Positions 61,425-64,000 of a DNA stretch of 64,000 nucleotides are shown in pieces. Under the pieces are notes generated by a model. It made no database searches and was not told the DNA's origin. It saw nothing but the letters and a program-made list of their open reading frames with translations. Source of the stretch: Pecten maximus (Eukaryota); assembly GCF_902652985.1 (NCBI RefSeq), contig NC_047021.1:43958001-44022000 (forward strand), read 5' to 3'. The position numbers were made by a program, and so were the translations under genes. How positions within the stretch are numbered: the first letter of the stretch is position 1; each line of letters begins with the position of its first letter.

Positions 61425-61927
61425 GTGGTGGGACAGAAAAGGTAGTCAAATAGGGGAAATAATGGACCCTCATGGGGACAGAAAGAATGTCCAGTAAGGG
61501 AAACGGTGAACCCTCCTGGGGACAGAAAGAATGTCCACTAGGGGGGAAAATGGACCTTTCTTGGGACAGAAAGAGTGTCCATATGGGGAAATAGTGGACC
61601 CTTCTGGGGATAAAAAGGTGGTCAAAAAGGGGAAAATAGTGGACTCTCCTTGGGACAGAAAATGTGCTCTAATAGGGGAAATTGTGGACCCTTCTTGGGA
61701 CAGAAAATGTGCTCTAATAGGGGAAATAGTGGACCCTCATGGGGACAGAAAGAATGTCCAGTAAGGGAAACGGTGAACCCTCATGGGGACAGAAAGATTG
61801 CCCAGTAGGGGGAAAAATGGACCTTTCTTGGGACAGAAAGAGTGTCCATATGGGGAAATAGTGGACCCTTCTTGGGACAGAAAATGTGCTCTAATAGGGG
61901 AATTAGTGGACTCTCCTTGGGACAGAA
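61425..61927. repeat. ~39-bp minisatellite
   Basis: Variants of GGGACAGAAA..TGT..A.TAGGGGAAATAGTGGACCCT, ~12 copies. Confidence 0.9.
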
Positions 61928-63190
61928 TATAGGTATTTCTGACAATTTTTTTAAAATATAAAACTAGACATGCCCCTGTGGTGCACGCACATAATTTCGT
62001 CTCTGCTCAGTACCGTCGAGATTTCGGATACATTCCCGGATCACAAGAATGTAATCAACGCACATAAATTATCATTCAAACCCGCAAAAATAAACGATAT
62101 TTTTTGTTGATTTGATTTCAGTTTAAATTTCTAGAAGAATGAACGGATACCGACAGCAAAAACATAAATATAAATAACATCCATTTAGGTTTCCTGAAAT
62201 CAACATTGATCTCTAAGTAAGGATCTGTACTTTCAGTTTCGTTATGTGAGCTATACCTGGAATAGAGGTAAAAAAATTAAACAACGTCTGTCTGAAGGCA
62301 TTTTCGGGAGAGTTCATTAGTAGTGAGACTGAGGCGTGCTTGAGAAAAGGCAGGTAAGTAATGTAAACCAAACAGCGACATCTGGGGAGCCCGAGTTTCC
62401 TCTGGCCCTGACACCATGTCGGGACACTCGGGCTAGTACGCGACGTGTACATAGTAATTTTGACTGGCTATTCTCTGTATACCCGATTTGTACCCGTTTT
62501 AATTGCCAGAGGCCGTAGTACCTTATGTTTTCAATGTCCGATAGATACTGTACCAAACCAGGAACCTATATATATGGCTTACATAGTTACTAGTCTCGGC
62601 TGAACCGTCCAATCGAGGCCAAGATCTCTATAGTTAGCTTGACCGGTTTCAAGAGCGTAATACATTGAAATGCATTCTAATAGGGATCTATGTTACATTA
62701 ACAGCAGCTATCAGTATCTCTAGTTAGTTCAACAATATATTTATTCAAAATTAATTCAAACATGCATCAATATCTTTGAATCAACTGCCGGTGAAATGTC
62801 ACTCATTTCAGGTTAATGTTCTAAATATTCGACGACAAATAAAGTTTCTTGTACAATGTATCTTGTATCTTGTATGAAGGTGAAATATCTGTCTACTGCA
62901 TACTAGACAATTACTAACTGTACATTTTTGTCGCGTCACAAGGGACATAGAAATGTTGCATTCGGCTCACCTCGGCCGATTCCGGTACCCTACAGATGAG
63001 AAATGCTGGTATCCGTTCGTGCGTTCGTGTCATTGATGCAATCGGAAAACCACTCCGGTCTTTCCGTCATATATTCGGAAGTGGTTTTCTGATTGGTCAT
63101 TGATGCTGTTACCGCTATCAAATCTACATCAGTTGATGGATTTTAATCAAAACTAAGATATATATATATTGGCAATACCTTGATTGAGTT

Positions 63191-63651
63191 ATAGGTGCTT
63201 AGCACGTTTATAAATCAAAGACCGATTATAGACTAATATATCAAGAGAAAGGTCTGAAACTCCTCCGACCAAAAGAAAATGTCTTTTCGCTACACAGAAA
63301 ACGCAATGGTCTACAATTCAATTTACGTTTTCTGTGTAGCGAATAGACATTTCCGTTTGAAAAAAATGTTCTCGATCGTGTCCGACTAAAGAAAATCCAT
63401 CCCTTTTCAGCGTCTCGAAGCTGCGCGTAAAATTAATAGACTATTTAGGTATGATTTCTTGGTGTCATGTTAAAAATTACTATCTTAACTTTTGATTAAG
63501 ACTATCGCCATTGAAAATCTTTTTTGGTAAAGTTTTGACACTTTGAATGAAATTGACCAATTTTTGCAGGACGGAGCAGTTCCAGACCTTTCTCTATATA
63601 TTAGTCTACTCTGTAATCGGTCTTTGACTTATAAACGTGCTAATCACCTAT
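63191..63651. mobile_element. Mutator-like MITE (~80-bp TIRs, 9-bp TSD)
   Basis: Ends are ATAGGTGCTTAGCACGTTTATAA... and ...TTATAAACGTGCTAATCACCTAT. GATTGAGTT is duplicated at 63182 and 63652. There is an internal hairpin at ~63275-63352. Confidence 0.9.
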
Positions 63652-64000
63652 GATTGAGTTCGAAAATGAGATCTCTGAGATAATTTTTGTAGGAGTTACT
63701 GTCCTTAGTTGTTTTTTCCTAACAACTCCTTTTGGGTTTTTTATCGCCATATAGCGGTTGGGATACATGATTACTCTGTAGCAGTCTTGTTAAAACAATA
63801 AATTGATTATAGAAGGAATATGACCAAAACTTGACCGCAACTTGTCTGCAACAAAATGTCCGCCACGATCACATGCGCGTCAGTCTTAAGTTTAATTGGA
63901 CAGCCCAAAGGCACGGTACGGATTCAAATTTCAGATTTTCAGTGTTTACTAAGAGGTCACACATAAAAAGCAAATTTTACAAATGGCGGAACACATAACA

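Overview
AT-rich, intron-containing animal genomic DNA. The V-/CORE-type SINE repertoire suggests a bivalve mollusc, but this is an inference. Three protein genes can be assembled by hand with continuous reading frames and GT-AG introns: MRPL42 (+, 6 exons, 25994-30742, 142 aa), the TruD-family pseudouridine synthase PUS7 (-, 16 coding exons, 48842-33618, 677 aa) and single-exon FBXL14/Ppa (+, 55810-57024, 404 aa). An intron-containing tRNA-Leu(CAA) lies between the divergent PUS7 and FBXL14 starts. The first ~25 kb is a repeat graveyard: satellites, Penelope and CR1/L2 LINE relics, SINEs and a DNA transposon nested in a SINE. Most notable: (1) two unrelated miniature LTR retroelements (TRIMs) in PUS7 introns whose LTRs each contain a tRNA-like gene with an AGT (Thr) anticodon loop, primed by different tRNAs (Lys-like vs His-like PBS); (2) a 31-bp minisatellite made from the PUS7 exon 8 end plus its 5' splice site, giving ~13 decoy donors behind an in-frame stop, with a parallel duplicated donor in MRPL42; (3) a 29-bp palindrome with perfect 7-bp target-site duplications, inserted near two different gene starts. 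All calls are from reading the sequence by eye; no searches were run.
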